From positions 39,438,401 through 39,502,400 of the forward strand of contig CM120641.1 in assembly GCA_051362555.1 (NCBI GenBank): a DNA stretch of 64,000 nt. The letters run 5' to 3'. Shown here one piece after another: positions 50,901-64,000 of the stretch; position 1 is the stretch's first letter, and the number at the start of each line of letters is the position of its first letter. Both the position numbers and the translations under genes were made by a program. This DNA is from Lingula anatina. Lineage: Eukaryota; Animalia; Brachiopoda. The notes under the pieces are model-generated. The model did no database searches. It worked only from the letters and a program-made list of their open reading frames with translations, and was not told the DNA's origin.

Positions 50901-53900
50901 GAATGGGCAGTTTATTTATCCCACCCTACCCTGCTTTTTGCATATCAGCCCTTGAGATGGAAGCCCAGGCTATTTCTTTTTTTTTTTTTTCTTTTTAATT
51001 TCCTATTTGGTTTTATTTTCACTTAACTATGGATGAAATTCCCTTGTACATTTTTATAGCATGATGCATGTTTAGATTCAGTTGAATTGCACCAGGTTGA
51101 TTTTGGGCTAGTAAATTGTTGCTTAAGTTGACTTTCTGTAGAAGTTTAGTTTATTAGGTCTGCTCCAAGTATCTCTCATTAGTATGCCTAGATGGTGAAT
51201 GTTACCGAACATTATCCAGTTGGATTGTTTCATCTGTGAATGAGCAACCCCTGCCCTTTTAAACCCATAGCAGCATAAAATGGAAAGGTATGGTAGGGAA
51301 AAAGAGAATGCTAGCCTGTAGTCCTTCAAAAATGCACGTTAGGAAAAAAGTGATGTGGAGCAGGCCTTCATTGTCGCATCAACTATCCTTTCAGGGACGT
51401 TGGTCCATATCTTATGTTGAGCGCCATCTAGGGACAGATCTCCTTCCCAAATTGGAGGTCATTGACTATTTGCGTCAGAATGCTGATGAGGCATTCCTGC
51501 TGCGCTGGAAACTGGTTGGCACCAGCAAAAACATTAAAAAGAGTCGGAACTGTGCTCAATTGGTGGCTGCATATAAGGTTAGCACATAATCCGCATGCTG
51601 CTAGGGTAGCATAACAATAAATATTAATTGTAATGACAATAAACAACAGAGCAGTTCTCAGTGTTTGTCACAAACCATATATTAAATGTGATTGTTGTGT
51701 AGTTTTCACAAGTGAAGTCTATCCCTTTGAAAAGAAAAGAAAGAACAATTGAAAGAACAAGAATATACCCCCCCCCCAGAAAAAAAAAGATTTTAATAAG
51801 TAGCACATAGTCTTACTTTCTTACTAAACCACTACTTTGACATTAAGCTTGCCCACATTTCAGACTAATTACTTTCTATTTACACTTAGAATAACATATA
51901 GTTGCATGACTGATTTTTTTTTTCACTAACAACAATTATTAACATTTTGCATAGTAATTTTACAAAATTTATTTCCAAAACATCCTTTTATGTGCATTTT
52001 AGCTCCCTTTTTTGCAGTAAAATTACACCCCCTCCCCCCACCAATGCTATTAACAGGTGCTTTATTCCATTGTTACCAACATTCAAAAGCATCTATTTTA
52101 AGGCATTCACACATTTGATCTCAGTTTACGTCCTATTACCCCCTGTTTCTTTTTTTTTTAATGCAGACATCCATTTTTCTCTTATATTTTAACATAACCA
52201 TCACCTTTGCCAACATTATTGTCATCTATAAGATTTGGACATTTCTAATCAGGCTTTTTTTACCTTTGCTCTGTTATTTTTTTCCATTTGGTTGGCATTA
52301 TAAAAGCATTCCTTTGAAGCTGCTTATAAAACAGGTTATACTTTTTAAAAAAGGTCAAGATTTGGACTATCTTATGTTTGTTTTCTTTAAAGCCTTGTTA
52401 AAGCTATTAAACATTTACTCAGGAATTTTGCCAAAGTGGATCTAAACTCAGCCAATCATTGGAAGATCAAAGCACCCGGGAGCGGCTGATAAGTGAGGCT
52501 GAGCAGCCCAATAGCAATGACCCATCAGCCTGCAGCGTAGAAGACGTGCTTCGTCTTCTCCAGCTCCTGTATGCTATCTCCCTGGAAGAAAAGCATGCTG
52601 GGATGTGGACAGGTGAGAGGACCAATAGAAGTGGTTTTGAAATATGCTGCCGAATTTTTACCATTTGTCATTGAAAAAATTATGTATGTAGACAACTGGC
52701 TAATAGTGATATAGATTAAATGTACTAGTTTAAGATTAAAAATCACATGTTAAGTACAAATTGTGAAATGTCCATTCCCCCTTTTGAATGATGCATTAAA
52801 AATCATTTTGCTGATCAGAACATGTAACTATGTACCTTATGAGTGTTTTATTGCTACCCATAGTTATAGTCCTGGTTTTATATGATATCTTTTCTGATTT
52901 TAGAGGAAGAATATTCTCAATTTAATCTTCCTTCTGAAGAGTTCATCAGCAAGAAAATTACTAACAAACTGGTTCAACAAGTACAGGTAAGATACTATTG
53001 TTCAGTTTGTAATATACGGAAATTTTAGGTATTTCTTCTGATTTCTCGTGACATAATCTTATGGTGTGATCTTCGACAAGTTTGGTTGCTTTTAAACCTT
53101 GATTTAGCCCTAGTATTATTACTTGCTATTTACTAAATTTCTCATTTTTGAATTGGACGCAACAGAGATATGATACATTATAAGTTGTCCTCTTTTTCCC
53201 AGGATCCTCTAGTTTTGTCCAGCAATGCTCTTCCTGACTGGTGTGAGAAACTGACCAAGTGGTGTCCCATGCTCTTCCCCTTTGACACCAGACAGCTGTA
53301 TTTCACCACCACTGCCTTTGGCACTTCAAGGTGAAGGTCATCACTTTTGTTGAAGTTGTACATTTAGTTACAGTCTCTGTGGCTAAATGTATATGTATAA
53401 ACCACTGATCACAGTTCACATCCATCTTCGTTAAGTAATTTTGGTAACATGCCAGCTGTATTTATACATTCTTCATTTGTCTGCAATATTACTTATTATT
53501 CCACTGCCAATATTGCTTGGTATTCATTCTAATGTGCATGATTTGTAAATGATTTCAGAGCTATTGTTTGGCTGCAGAATAAGAGAGATGCTGCACTTGA
53601 TCGACACAGAGGGCCATCGCCAAGAAGAGACGATGGCCATGAGTTCCGTGTGGGTCGCCTTAAACATGAACGAGTAAAAGTTCCAAGAGGAGAACAGCTT
53701 CTAGACTGGGGAATGCAACTCATGAAGTATCATGGAGAAAGAAAAGCTGTGTTAGAGGTAAATTTGAGTCAAAGTGGTAACAAGTCTTCTGTTGTCTCTT
53801 TGCTGGAGAAAGCTTATTACATTTTCTGAAAAGGCTTGTTTGGTTGTGGAATTTCAGGATGTGACACTAATGTGAGGAATCTTGGTTTTAAATTGAACAA

Positions 53901-56900
53901 AAAATCTGTTTGAATATGTTCCCTTTGACTTGATGAAACTGATGAAGTTTGGTGAAACTGAAACTACATCTATATTTTTATTACCATATAAGCTCACTAG
54001 AACCACCCTGAGCTTCAGAGATAACTTGACACTAACATCTTCACAATAGCCTATCTTCATCGTGTCAAGTTACCTCTGACGAAAATAGTTTGACCTAGTT
54101 TATATAAGCCAATCGAATCCAAGTTTCAAAATTTTTCACCAAAGTTTGGTGAAAACGCTGATTGGTTGACCGTCAATCGGTAATCCTTGGCTGATTCCGC
54201 AAGCTCCATACTAACAACAAAGTTATTGTCGAGTGCAGAGACATCCGAGTAGTGCCGAGTGCATAACCGTACACAAAGAAAGCATGGCGTCTTCTACGAG
54301 TGACTACGTAAAATAATGTGTTAAGTTATCTCTTGATTCTTTGCAAAATATGAGTATATCGGAATTGAAACCAGAGCAGTTTGAGGCCCTGCACCATTAT
54401 CTACTGAGGGATGATGTATTTTGCGTGCTGCCCACAGGTTACGGTAAGTCCCTGATATTGAGTCTTATCTCTGATTGGTCCGGATTTGAACAAAGGGCGC
54501 TTTGACTCGTTCGCATTCATTGGCTAGATCGTTCAATGAGTCATTGAGTGCGGGCTTTAAATTTGATTGGCGGGCGGCGGGGGCAATCGAATGTGGTCAG
54601 AGGTAACTTGACACGATGAAGATAGGCTATTGTGAAGAGGTTAGTGTCAAGTTATCTCTGAAGCTCAGGGTGACTACAACTAAATGTGACAATTACCTTT
54701 GGATAAGAATTTTAAAAAAGAAAATAAAATCAATATAACTGTTCCTGTTGGGTTTCTAGATTGAGTTTGTAGAAGAGGAGGGCACTGGGCTTGGCCCCAC
54801 CCTGGAGTTCTATGCCCTGGTGGCAGCAGAGTTCCAGAGGAAAGACTTGGGCATGTGGTTGTGTGATGATGATATACCTGATGATTTGGCTAGAGAGGTA
54901 TGCTTCCCACTTGATAGATTTATATATAACAGTGTATTTAAAGTGAATTTTAAAAAAAAATTTGTCTCTCAGATATTTGTTTATAAATGTGTCATTTGTG
55001 TATCAGTTTATGTAAACATCCTTTTTGTGAAGCATGCATCAGTTTCAGTATCGTTTGTTTTTATCTGCCTCCTTGCTACTTAGAAACCAGTAGTACTTGT
55101 TAGACCACTGCTCAAATGCCACAGCAGGCCTTGCAACCTAATTTGGTTGTGATCCTGACCTCACAATGAATTATTATTTACTACTCTCAGGTTGACATTG
55201 GTGAAGGTGTAAAACCACCTGGATATTATGTCCAGAAAGTATGCGGTTTGTTCCCAGCTCCTCTCCCTCAAGAAGGCTCAAACATCTCAAAAGTGGAACA
55301 ACTCTTCCAAACTCTGGGCACATTCTTAGCCAAAGCAATTCAGGACAATAGACTTGTGGATATCCCATTATCACGACCATTCCTTAAACTTATGTGCATG
55401 GGCGAGGTGGGCAGCAATCTGACTCAGCAGTACTACGAGCTCACAACACATAAAGACAGTGATGTAGATATGCGATCAGAACCATCCTACGATGAGTCTG
55501 ATCTGATCTCTAGTGTCGAGGACTTGCAGATAGACAAGGAGCTGATCCTCGATCCTCCCAAGCACAGGACTGTGGTGGCCCCTGCCTGGTACACTGGGCT
55601 ACTGACACAGGAGGACTTTGAACTGGTCAATCCTCACAGAGCAAGATTTCTAAGACAGCTAAAAGACTTAGCACAGAGAAAATATGAAATTGTCAATGAC
55701 AATAAACTGACAGAAGATCAGAAGAATACTATGTTGCTGGAGTTGGCTTTGGAGAACCCATCTGGAGAGGGACCCCCTGTCAAGCTGGAAGACTTGGGGT
55801 GAGAGAGATACTCAGCTATCACTAAGATGTATTTCCCACAACTATTTAAAGTGTAACAATGGCAGTTTTGTGAACACACTTAGGTTTTTTGTTTGAGATA
55901 TTTAAAATTATTTTGTAAAGAATAAAAAGAATCTAGGTTAATTTTACACAGGCAGATAAATCTATCTACCTATGATGTATTGGAAGGAAATTGGAGATTT
56001 GTTTTTATTTTGACAAATGTTTATCTTTCCAGGTTGACTTTCCAGTTCAACCCGTCTTCCAAAGTCTATGGCTTTACATCAGTGGATATCAAACCAAATG
56101 GAGAGGATGAGGTAAGATTAAGTTCTATGTACACTGTAGGCTCTCCTGCCTTTTACTGAGATGCATGAAATCCTATTGTTATTATTTTAGCCTGGCAGGT
56201 TTTGTTAATTAAAATTTTATTAATTTTGCATAAATGGATATTTGGTATCATTTCAGTATAAACAATAAAGGTCTTTGATTTTAACACATTTAAACCAATT
56301 TTAGTGTAAATGCATGAATTACATATTTAATTTAAATCCATTGATTGATATTACATATTAATAATACACTCTTGCATATCTCCCAGGAGGTGACATTGGA
56401 TAATGTAGAGGAGTATGTGGAGCTGGTGACTGATTTCTGTCTTAACAAAGGCATCAGGGTACAGATGGAGGCTTTCAGGGGTAAGATAAGGCGAAATATT
56501 TCAAGTGATCTAGTTTAAAGGTTTTTAGATCATTCTGAAAGTTAATATGAACATACATACTTTAAGAAAATAACTGTTCAGCAGCAACCTCTTCGTGCAT
56601 CTCACACCAGTCTAGAATAAGATAATAGACATCTGGAAGGTGATTTTAACTTTATGATGATGATCTTTCCAAGATGTTTTCTTCTTCTTGACAAACAGTA
56701 AGTAAGATTTTCATTGGCGATGAGGTGAATATCTTATATCTATTTGATTAAATACCATGTTTGTATTTGTTTCCAGCTGGTTTTTGCCGTGTGTTCCCCA
56801 TGGAGAAGCTGCATTCATTCAGTCCATCTGAGCTGATGTTGATGTTGTGTGGAGATCAGGCACCCGTCTGGTCCCGGGAGGACATCCTGCAGTTTACAGA

Positions 56901-57453
56901 GCCCAAACTGGGATACTCAAGAGAAAGGTATGGCATCTGCTATGTGGTGTTCCTTGGTCTGGAAATAGTGACCCTTAATATTCTGTGGTGTGGGATTACA
57001 GTGGTAAAAATATCTAGGTTCATTGGTGTATTTTTAAAAATACCAATCTTTCATGTTGCTTTTGCAATATTAAGCAAGTTCATACTTCTATTGATCAGAC
57101 ATGTGATGACATCTTTATCTTAAATGTGTGATTTTCTCAATTGAAATCTTTCCATTTTCAGTCCAAGTTTCCAGAGGTTTGTCAACGTTCTGGTTGGCAT
57201 GTCAGGAGATGAAAGGAAAGCCTTCTTACAGTTCACAACAGGTTGTTCTTCACTGCCACCAGGGGGCCTTGCAAACCTGCATCCAAGACTGACTGTAGTG
57301 AGAAAAGTGGACACAGAGAGCAGTGCTGATGGCAGCTACCCGTCTGTTAATACATGTGTGCATTATCTGAAGCTGCCAGAATACTCTTCAGAAGAAGTAA
57401 TGAGGGAGCGGTTGCTGGCAGCAACAAGAGAGAAAGGCTTCCATTTGAACTGA
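32919..57453 (+). CDS. HECTD1: E3 ubiquitin-protein ligase HECTD1 (about 46 coding exons)
   Basis: Starts [46 protein letters not shown]. It has ARM-like repeats, ankyrin repeats ([22 protein letters not shown]), a SUN-like domain ([14 protein letters not shown]), MIB/HERC2 ([17 protein letters not shown]), an acidic region and a HECT domain ending [38 protein letters not shown]. Confidence 0.98.
36559..36640. repeat. Intronic 40-bp tandem duplication
   Basis: tgagatataggataatctctagcaaaaatagaccaaaggt occurs twice in succession. Confidence 0.9.
37290..37383 (+). repeat. CAG/CAA trinucleotide tract encoding polyglutamine in HECTD1
   Basis: In-frame [32 protein letters not shown] inside exon ~37165-37510. 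Confidence 0.92.
38320..38482. repeat. Intronic ~81-bp tandem duplication next to a splice donor
   Basis: aaggcatttatagatattctgaa...ttattgatcatatgcaggcat occurs twice. Confidence 0.85.
48153..50851 (+). mobile_element. Non-autonomous Helentron/HINE composite element, copy 2, in a HECTD1 intron
   Basis: 5' end is tttttatgtacagacacagatgtgtctgtaca followed by (GCCGAT)n, with a second internal 5' module at ~49066. 159-bp units start at 49211, 49370 and 49529, and ~401-bp units at 49595 and 49996. The 3' end tgtctgtacatttgacagctttgctgccttgttt is identical to copy 1. Confidence 0.85.
53998..54676 (+). mobile_element. Internally deleted DNA transposon with ~77-bp TIRs and a RecQ-like helicase fragment (AcademH-like)
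   Basis: TIRs at 54004-54080 and 54597-54672 differ at one position. 54284-54457 translates [57 protein letters not shown], which is a Q-motif plus helicase motif I. Confidence 0.82.
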
Positions 57454-58467
57454 GGGCAGAAGGGGTGTAGGGGGAGAGTTCCATTACGTATATGAAAGGT
57501 TTAAGTGTGACAAATGTCAATGGTTCTCATTTGTTTACTGGGCCTGCTTTTATGTAGCCACATTGAAGGATGGGTAGATCTTTTTACACGATTTGTGACT
57601 GCAAGGATAATCAAGTCTGGGAAACTTGTGGCAATTCAGCACAAAGTTGAGGTCAATTACCAAGAACATTTTCTTTTTTATACCTAAACATGCTTAATTG
57701 TGTGAAATATGTATTATGCAACACAATACATTAAAACAGTGTAATTTTTTTTGTTTTACTGAAGAGAATCACTGCAGTTAAAAGCTATATAGTGTGTGAT
57801 TGCCAGTATCTTTTAAAGCCTGTGCAATGTTATATATTGTCTACTTCGTGTAGACAGCCATTTAGTCTGATAATAAATATTTATCAGTTTTTCTGTTGTT
57901 GGTTTTGATTCACGTTCTCAAGTGCATTCATTTCTAAAGGCATTTAAATAAAGGGCAGCTCTGACTTATTTCTTTTTTCTAGAAAGAAATTGGCATCTAA
58001 AAATTAATGCAAACATTAAGATAAGAAATTTCATTCTCATTTGGCATCAGTGCTTCCACATCTGCCTCCATATAAGCATATAATCAAATAAGTAATTTCA
58101 TTTTTCCTGTTCTATAAACTGAAGATTTAATCTAATCAGTAACAATAAACCTAAGTTGCTCTTAATGCTGTACTTCAATTGAACTTGCAAACATTTATTA
58201 TCCATGTAAATTGATTTAACTATTTATCCAAAATATATTTGGCATCTTTGAAAAATACTTGCACTGATGTTATTATAATAACCTGTTTAAGGCAAAAGTC
58301 TATCAGGCATTTTGCTACACAAGTCCACCTTTTTCACAAGGCATTTTAAACACTAAAATGTCTTTGTCAGGAATTATGCCTCTGAACCAGGATTCCAAGC
58401 CTTTTGTGGGTGGTAAGTTTCATAAACTTCAAATATCTATACAGTTTAGCAAGCACTACCATTTCAG

Positions 58468-60552
58468 TCATGTATATAATATGTCATAGTGTCCAGGTCT
58501 ATAAAGAAGAACTATTTTGGGGGTTGAACCATCTGGAAAGTCATGTGCATTTGTTGTCTCCCCTCCACGGTCCATGTATTCCACTCTAACGGACACTCCA
58601 GTGACAGCAGTCAGTGCTATGATGTGTATGTGATCACTCTCTTTGCCCATAGGCTCCACTTCCTGAAATGGGCATGAAATTCATCACATTACAGAAAGTT
58701 CACTTAAAGGTGCATGGTACAGAGATAAATTGAGCTTTGTAACAAGTTGAGTGAGCTGAAAATTTAAATTGAAAGTGAAAAATTAGGCTACCATGCAGTT
58801 TTACAAAAGTTAAAGCCGTACACGGTTCTGACTAAAGGCAATTAGATGGAAAAAACCTCTGAGCAATTAAAATGAAATGTCAGCTTTGATTTTTACCTGA
58901 TTACAAAACTCCTTTATTGTTCTATCACCTTCCACAAAATTAGAAAAGAAATCTGCCTCTTTCTGGAGATGACCAGACACTAAAAGTCTAGAATTAAAAA
59001 AATAAAATATTTGATGCTATTAGGAAGCATAAGAGAATCATTTTCTTATTGAAATACAAGTACTTCACTTTTAAACAATAACATTTCAATTACTGAGTAA
59101 GTTTTGGCTACAAAAACAATTTCTCTGTTATTACCTTAGATAAACAACTAGGTAATCTGAGTAACCCTGGTCATTGAAGATTTTGAGCAGTTCTTCTAAT
59201 GGGCATTGACTACCAACTTTGTCCACAACTTCCATAAACTAAAATATAAAACATTTCAAGAGTCATCCTCTGATGAAATAACATATAAAAAGTAATAAAA
59301 TCCCTACATGTATGACCAGACATAATTGAAACTTACAACCCTGTCACATAAGTTGAGGTCTATCAACAAAATAAAAGCACTCATTTTGAAATTGAATATG
59401 ATAATTATATGTATACTCCTGACAAGTGCAAAAGACATACCCACAGAGTAATCGAAAGTCAAAAATACAGACCCAGCCATAATGTTTGTAAGGATGGGAA
59501 CACTCTAAAATGGGTGTAGTATTCATAATATGTATGAGAATAAGTTATAGAAGATCTTTATACTTACAGTGTCGTGGAAATCTTCTATGGTAAACTGAGG
59601 AAACCCTAGAGAGACTAAAACATCTTTGCTTTTAGATGCGACATCCCTGAATCTGTAAATGTACATAATCATATAATTGGCCTCAACTTTCTGCACAATT
59701 ATAAAAGGAAACCAAAGATAGTATAATGATTAATACTTTTTGTATTATGTAAAAAAATTTTTGGTTATTTTTAAACATATAATCAATAAATACTTTGAAA
59801 TATGGTACCTGTTGAATTCTTCTTGATCTTCAAGGAGCTTTTCAAAATATGCAAACCCAAAAGCCCTGTAAAAGCAGTTGCCATCACCTCTTGTTTTACG
59901 GAGGCAAAGATACTTAGACTTCAAGCTCTGAAAATTTAAGGTAATCAGACACTGAGTATAAATTAAACTTCATAACCTCTTCTATCTTTTATTTAATATT
60001 AAACACCTCATCAAGTATCATTCACAACTAGATGAAAATGGTTTAAACACAAAATTCTAATACTTACTCGCACTTTTTTAATATATACAGGGTCTTCTGC
60101 ATATTCTTGTTCTAGTACACTGAAGTCCAAACGTTCTGTGACAAAGTCCTGAGTTCCAGCAATCTAACACACAAAATATAACATGACAATCAATTTTCTG
60201 TTAAAGGGCATATTCCAAGTTGGTTCCCATCCATCAAATTAAAACTTTTAAAATGAAAAAAAAAAATCCATTTAGAATAATGTGCAATTCAAATGTTTTT
60301 TTAAATAAGTATATACAGTTTTATAGTATTTTGTTGATTTTTTTATTTAAGTTCTGTTTGGTTTGTTTTCATCGGTTTTATCTTGAACAATGGATAATAA
60401 TAACATTCAAATGCAAAACCAGTATATCCTTTTTTTTTTGCCTACAAACCCTGACCAAATGCCACCATACAATTTCAAACAGCATAACTTAAAAAAAAAA
60501 AAAAACAAAGGGCATTGTTTCACATTCCCCCAAAAATGATTTTCTTTCTGTG

Positions 60553-60622
<70 letters not shown>

Positions 60623-61944
60623 CCCTTGGTAGTTTTTAGCAACTCATTTGGATAATTGTGCTATTGCCCTTATAGCAGTAATGTACCATACATTTTGTTG
60701 TCAGTTTAGCAGACTTTTACCAACTGGAGGGAAGGATACATAGGTCAATTTACAACCCTATATTTAAAGAAGGTGCAGTTTAAAAGGCTTTCATGGCTGA
60801 TCGAGTGATTAATTCAGTCCATCAATTGGTATGTCGAATTTTGCAAGTGGAATAAGAAACTAGCACAAGTGCTTTATATGCCTTATTGGGAATCCAAGCT
60901 CACTTCACATGTAACTTTAATGAGCAGTTATAGCATGTGGTCCAATTGGAGATAGTAATTTTTTAAAACACCAAAAACAATAATTTCTTGAAAACACCCA
61001 AGGCAACAGAAAAGATGGTGATACTTATTTGCAACATATTAGCTCATACAAATCTCAATTTTGAGATTTGATCAAATGAATAGTCAACTTAAAATAACAC
61101 CCAAAAATCTACATTACATCAACATAAGAAAATGAGCCACAGCAAATGAGCTACAGCATAAGAAAATGGCCCACAGCATACTAGTATGCATCCAGAAGTC
61201 AATATTAGCCACATTGGTGTAAAAGATATATTGAGTTTACCCACCTGTTTTTCAATAATCCTTTGCTGAGCAAGTGTTTCTTCATCATAGTTTTTGTCTG
61301 GATACAAAAAAAAAATGACACTGTTAATTATTTATTTTGCTATACTTGACATTTTTGTAGGAATCCAATAAATAAGTTTATTGGAACCCAATAAATAGAC
61401 CAATGGTCATGTATAGTTTCTAAACTTTATGTTTTGCCAAAGTTTATCTGTATACGTTTGTCTTGTAACAACTGACATAAATTCATGTTCAAAACCCCAT
61501 ATAAACAAATAATAATCAATAATATAATAAAAAAGAACATGCTCATGTGCAATCTTCAATTTAGAACTCGACCTGTAATTCTGGCTGCCTTTCAAACGAC
61601 TACAGCGAGTTTACAACAAAACAATTTTCTTTGTGTTCAGTTAACTTCATATCAACACTGGAACCAAGGAGTTTCAAATCTTGAAACTCCTTGCTGGAAC
61701 ATATCAAATTTACTACTACGAATCACAGTCGTAAACGTAAGTGGAATCTGTCGTATGAATTTTTTGTTACAGTTCTTACTTTCAATATTTTACCAAATAA
61801 ATCATAACAAATAAACGTATAGGTGGAAATTGTTTTATTTTGTTTTTGCATTTACCGCTAAAATATATACTTCTACACTTGAAAATGACAGTGCATCATC
61901 ACATGTTTACCTGGATCATAGTGTAAAGTTCCTTCTTCCGCCAT
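58468..61944 (-). CDS. OTUB1: Ubiquitin thioesterase otubain (8 coding exons)
   Basis: MAEEGTLHYDPDKNYDEETLAQQRIIEKQIA..., catalytic RKTRGDGNCFYRAFGF (~59.87 kb), FNDQGYSDYLVVYLRLL, EVEPMGKESDHIHIIAL and LLYRPGHYDILYT*. Confidence 0.96.
60555..60621. repeat. (TA)n microsatellite
   Basis: Uninterrupted TA run in an OTUB1 intron. Confidence 0.97.
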
Positions 61945-62099
61945 TGTATTTGTATTTTTGCGCATGCTTGGTAGTAATTTCCTGTGTTGCTGTGACGCCA
62001 TAATGCGCGAAAAATGATCGAGGACAGTGGTGTGAAATGAAATTTCTGACCGACTTTTTAATGTATTTTTCTATATTTATATAATAATAACCATTGCAA

Positions 62100-62634
62100 A
62101 TGGCCCATCAAGGTGAGTAAAAAACTTTTTGTCGTTATAAATAATACAATAACAATTTTATAAATGTATTAATGCTACTAAGAACTAATTCTATTTCAAT
62201 ATTCATTTTCAATATTGCTAACTTGTAAATGTTTCTAGGTCAAAGAAAAACATGGAAGGGATCTCATCTAAGGCATTCCTCGGCATCAGGAGACAATTTG
62301 CGCCAACTTGTGTCACATCTGCCAGACGTTGTAATACACACGGAACACCACCGGCCCATGCCTTACGACACACAGTTTGAGGCTGTCTTACTCTTTGTTG
62401 ATGTCTCTGGATTCACGGATCTATGCGAACGCTACACCAGCTTGAGTAGTAAATCAGGAGTAGATCAGTTAACACGGACACTGAATGCCTACATGGGGAC
62501 ACTGGTAGATGAGATTCTCACTGCTGGAGGCGATGTCTTGAAATTTGCAGGTATATTTTATAAATTTTTTTATAGCGCCCAGTCACTAGCTGTTGTGGAC
62601 ATTTTAATGAAATATTATTATATATTACATTAGA

Positions 62635-62692
<58 letters not shown>

Positions 62693-64000
62693 GCAGCAAC
62701 ATAGTAATTGGTACCACTGATCTTCAACAGGTACTATGGTGATGCCAAAATTGGATAGTTGCTGCATTACTCTCTCATGTTTATTGACAGATTTATTTTT
62801 TTCTTTTTGATGTCATACTGGCGATATCAATCAGCACATTCACATTCACTCTCTTATGTTAAAACAATAGTGATTATTAATTAATTAATTAATACTTTTC
62901 AAGCTGACATTTTTGCCTCTTTAGTTATGATCACAAGCACATAGTCATGATCGTGAATTTGACAGTGTATTTTGAATTTCTACCTTGTTAACCCAGGTGA
63001 TGCAATATTGGCTGCTTGGAAGTGCACACGACCAGATGAAATAAGAAAGAAAGTTATTCAAGTTGTGAAGTGCTGTATTAACATCCAGAGGACATGTGGT
63101 GAATATCAGACTGATGTTGGAGTAACACTACGAGTGAAGATGGGTTAGTATGTTATCTGCAGTTTGTATATTCATATATATTTTATTGTGGTACCAGGTA
63201 GATTGATGAATGTAATTGTTAAAAAAATTGTCTCTGTGTGCATTATGTTTTCCCTCATTGAAGACATGCATGCAAGAGTAGTACAATTATAATGTTATTT
63301 TTGGTATATTTTAAATTTAACCAATCTTATGCTTGTTGGAAGTCCCCTTCTCACTCTTTCCATTTTCACTTTATTGAAATATTTTTCTGTGTGTAGATAA
63401 AGTAGACATCCAATCAAGCATTCAAATTTTAAAAAAATTCATTTTAATCAATTGTCTGTCCCTTTTACAGGTGTTGCAGCTGGCAATACGACAATCAACT
63501 TCATAGGTAACAAGGAGTACTGCCACTATGTATCCACAGGGCCAGTGGTAGAGGAAGTGAACAAAGCAGAATCCTTCTGTTGCCGTGGAGATGTTGTATT
63601 ATCTCCTTCCGCATGGCAGTACTGCAACAAGAGGGTCATTGACCATGAAATTCTGTCGGACGGGAAACATGTCAAGGTAAAAATCCTTAGTACAGCAGAC
63701 AACTGTTTTATTTTCTACTGTAGTCAGACATGAATTACATGTATGCAGTGGAATAAAAGGGCTGAATGTATTGTTAAAAATGGAAAGGATAGAAATTTTC
63801 GCATGGATATTGGGTAGTCTATCATGAGTAAAGGTGTTAGTGAAAAAAAGAAGAAATAATTGATGAGTATAAATGCATAATTAATTGTTTTAAGTGCTCT
63901 TTGATCCACCTAGGTTCTTCATGTGATGGATTTTGATGCATCCAACCCTTATGCCAGTGCAGGCTCAGACGCAGGTAAATAAATCACTGAAACAATGAAT
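62100..64000 (+). CDS. ADCY10: Soluble adenylyl cyclase, ADCY10-like (5' part; continues beyond the window)
   Basis: Exons ~62100-62112, 62240-62550, 62997-63143, 63471-63676 and 63914-63974 encode AVLLFVDVSGFTDLCE...LNAYMG...GGDVLKFAGDAILAAW...LRVKMGVAAG...GDVVLSPSAW, the C1 catalytic domain of sAC. Whether it is an ortholog or a paralog is unresolved. Confidence 0.9.
62634..62692. repeat. (ATT)n microsatellite
   Basis: Perfect ATT run in an intron; it explains the poly-Ile ORF on the minus strand. Confidence 0.97.

Noticed and set aside
58456-58470. Stop-codon readthrough of OTUB1 (TGA-CTG)
   Set aside because: It is not the strong UGA-CUAG context and would add only four residues before a TAG.

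Overview
AT-rich, intron-dense animal genomic DNA, probably from a lophotrochozoan or mollusc-like invertebrate (inference). Bases 1-6039 are a 165/168/144-bp satellite with an 807-bp higher-order repeat, interrupted by two MITEs and a hAT transposase fragment. Eight spliced genes follow as four head-to-head pairs: mitochondrial SerRS (SARS2, -) / ERG28 (+); a kelch-repeat protein (-) / selenoprotein W (+, in-frame UGA and a SECIS, missed by the ORF track); an uncharacterised coiled-coil + two-EF-hand protein ending in a CaaX box (-) / HECTD1 (+, about 46 coding exons); and OTUB1 (-) / a soluble adenylyl cyclase, ADCY10-like (+, runs off the window). Introns contain two inverted copies of a composite Helentron/HINE-like element, a long-TIR element carrying a RecQ-helicase fragment (AcademH-like), and several long imperfect hairpins. 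Exon boundaries were assembled by eye from splice signals and remembered protein homology; no database search or folding program was run. No wholly new system can be demonstrated from sequence alone. The best leads are the prenylatable EF-hand protein, the structured element downstream of the SELENOW SECIS, the G-U-biased rod hairpin at 7.3 kb and the short-armed SARS2.
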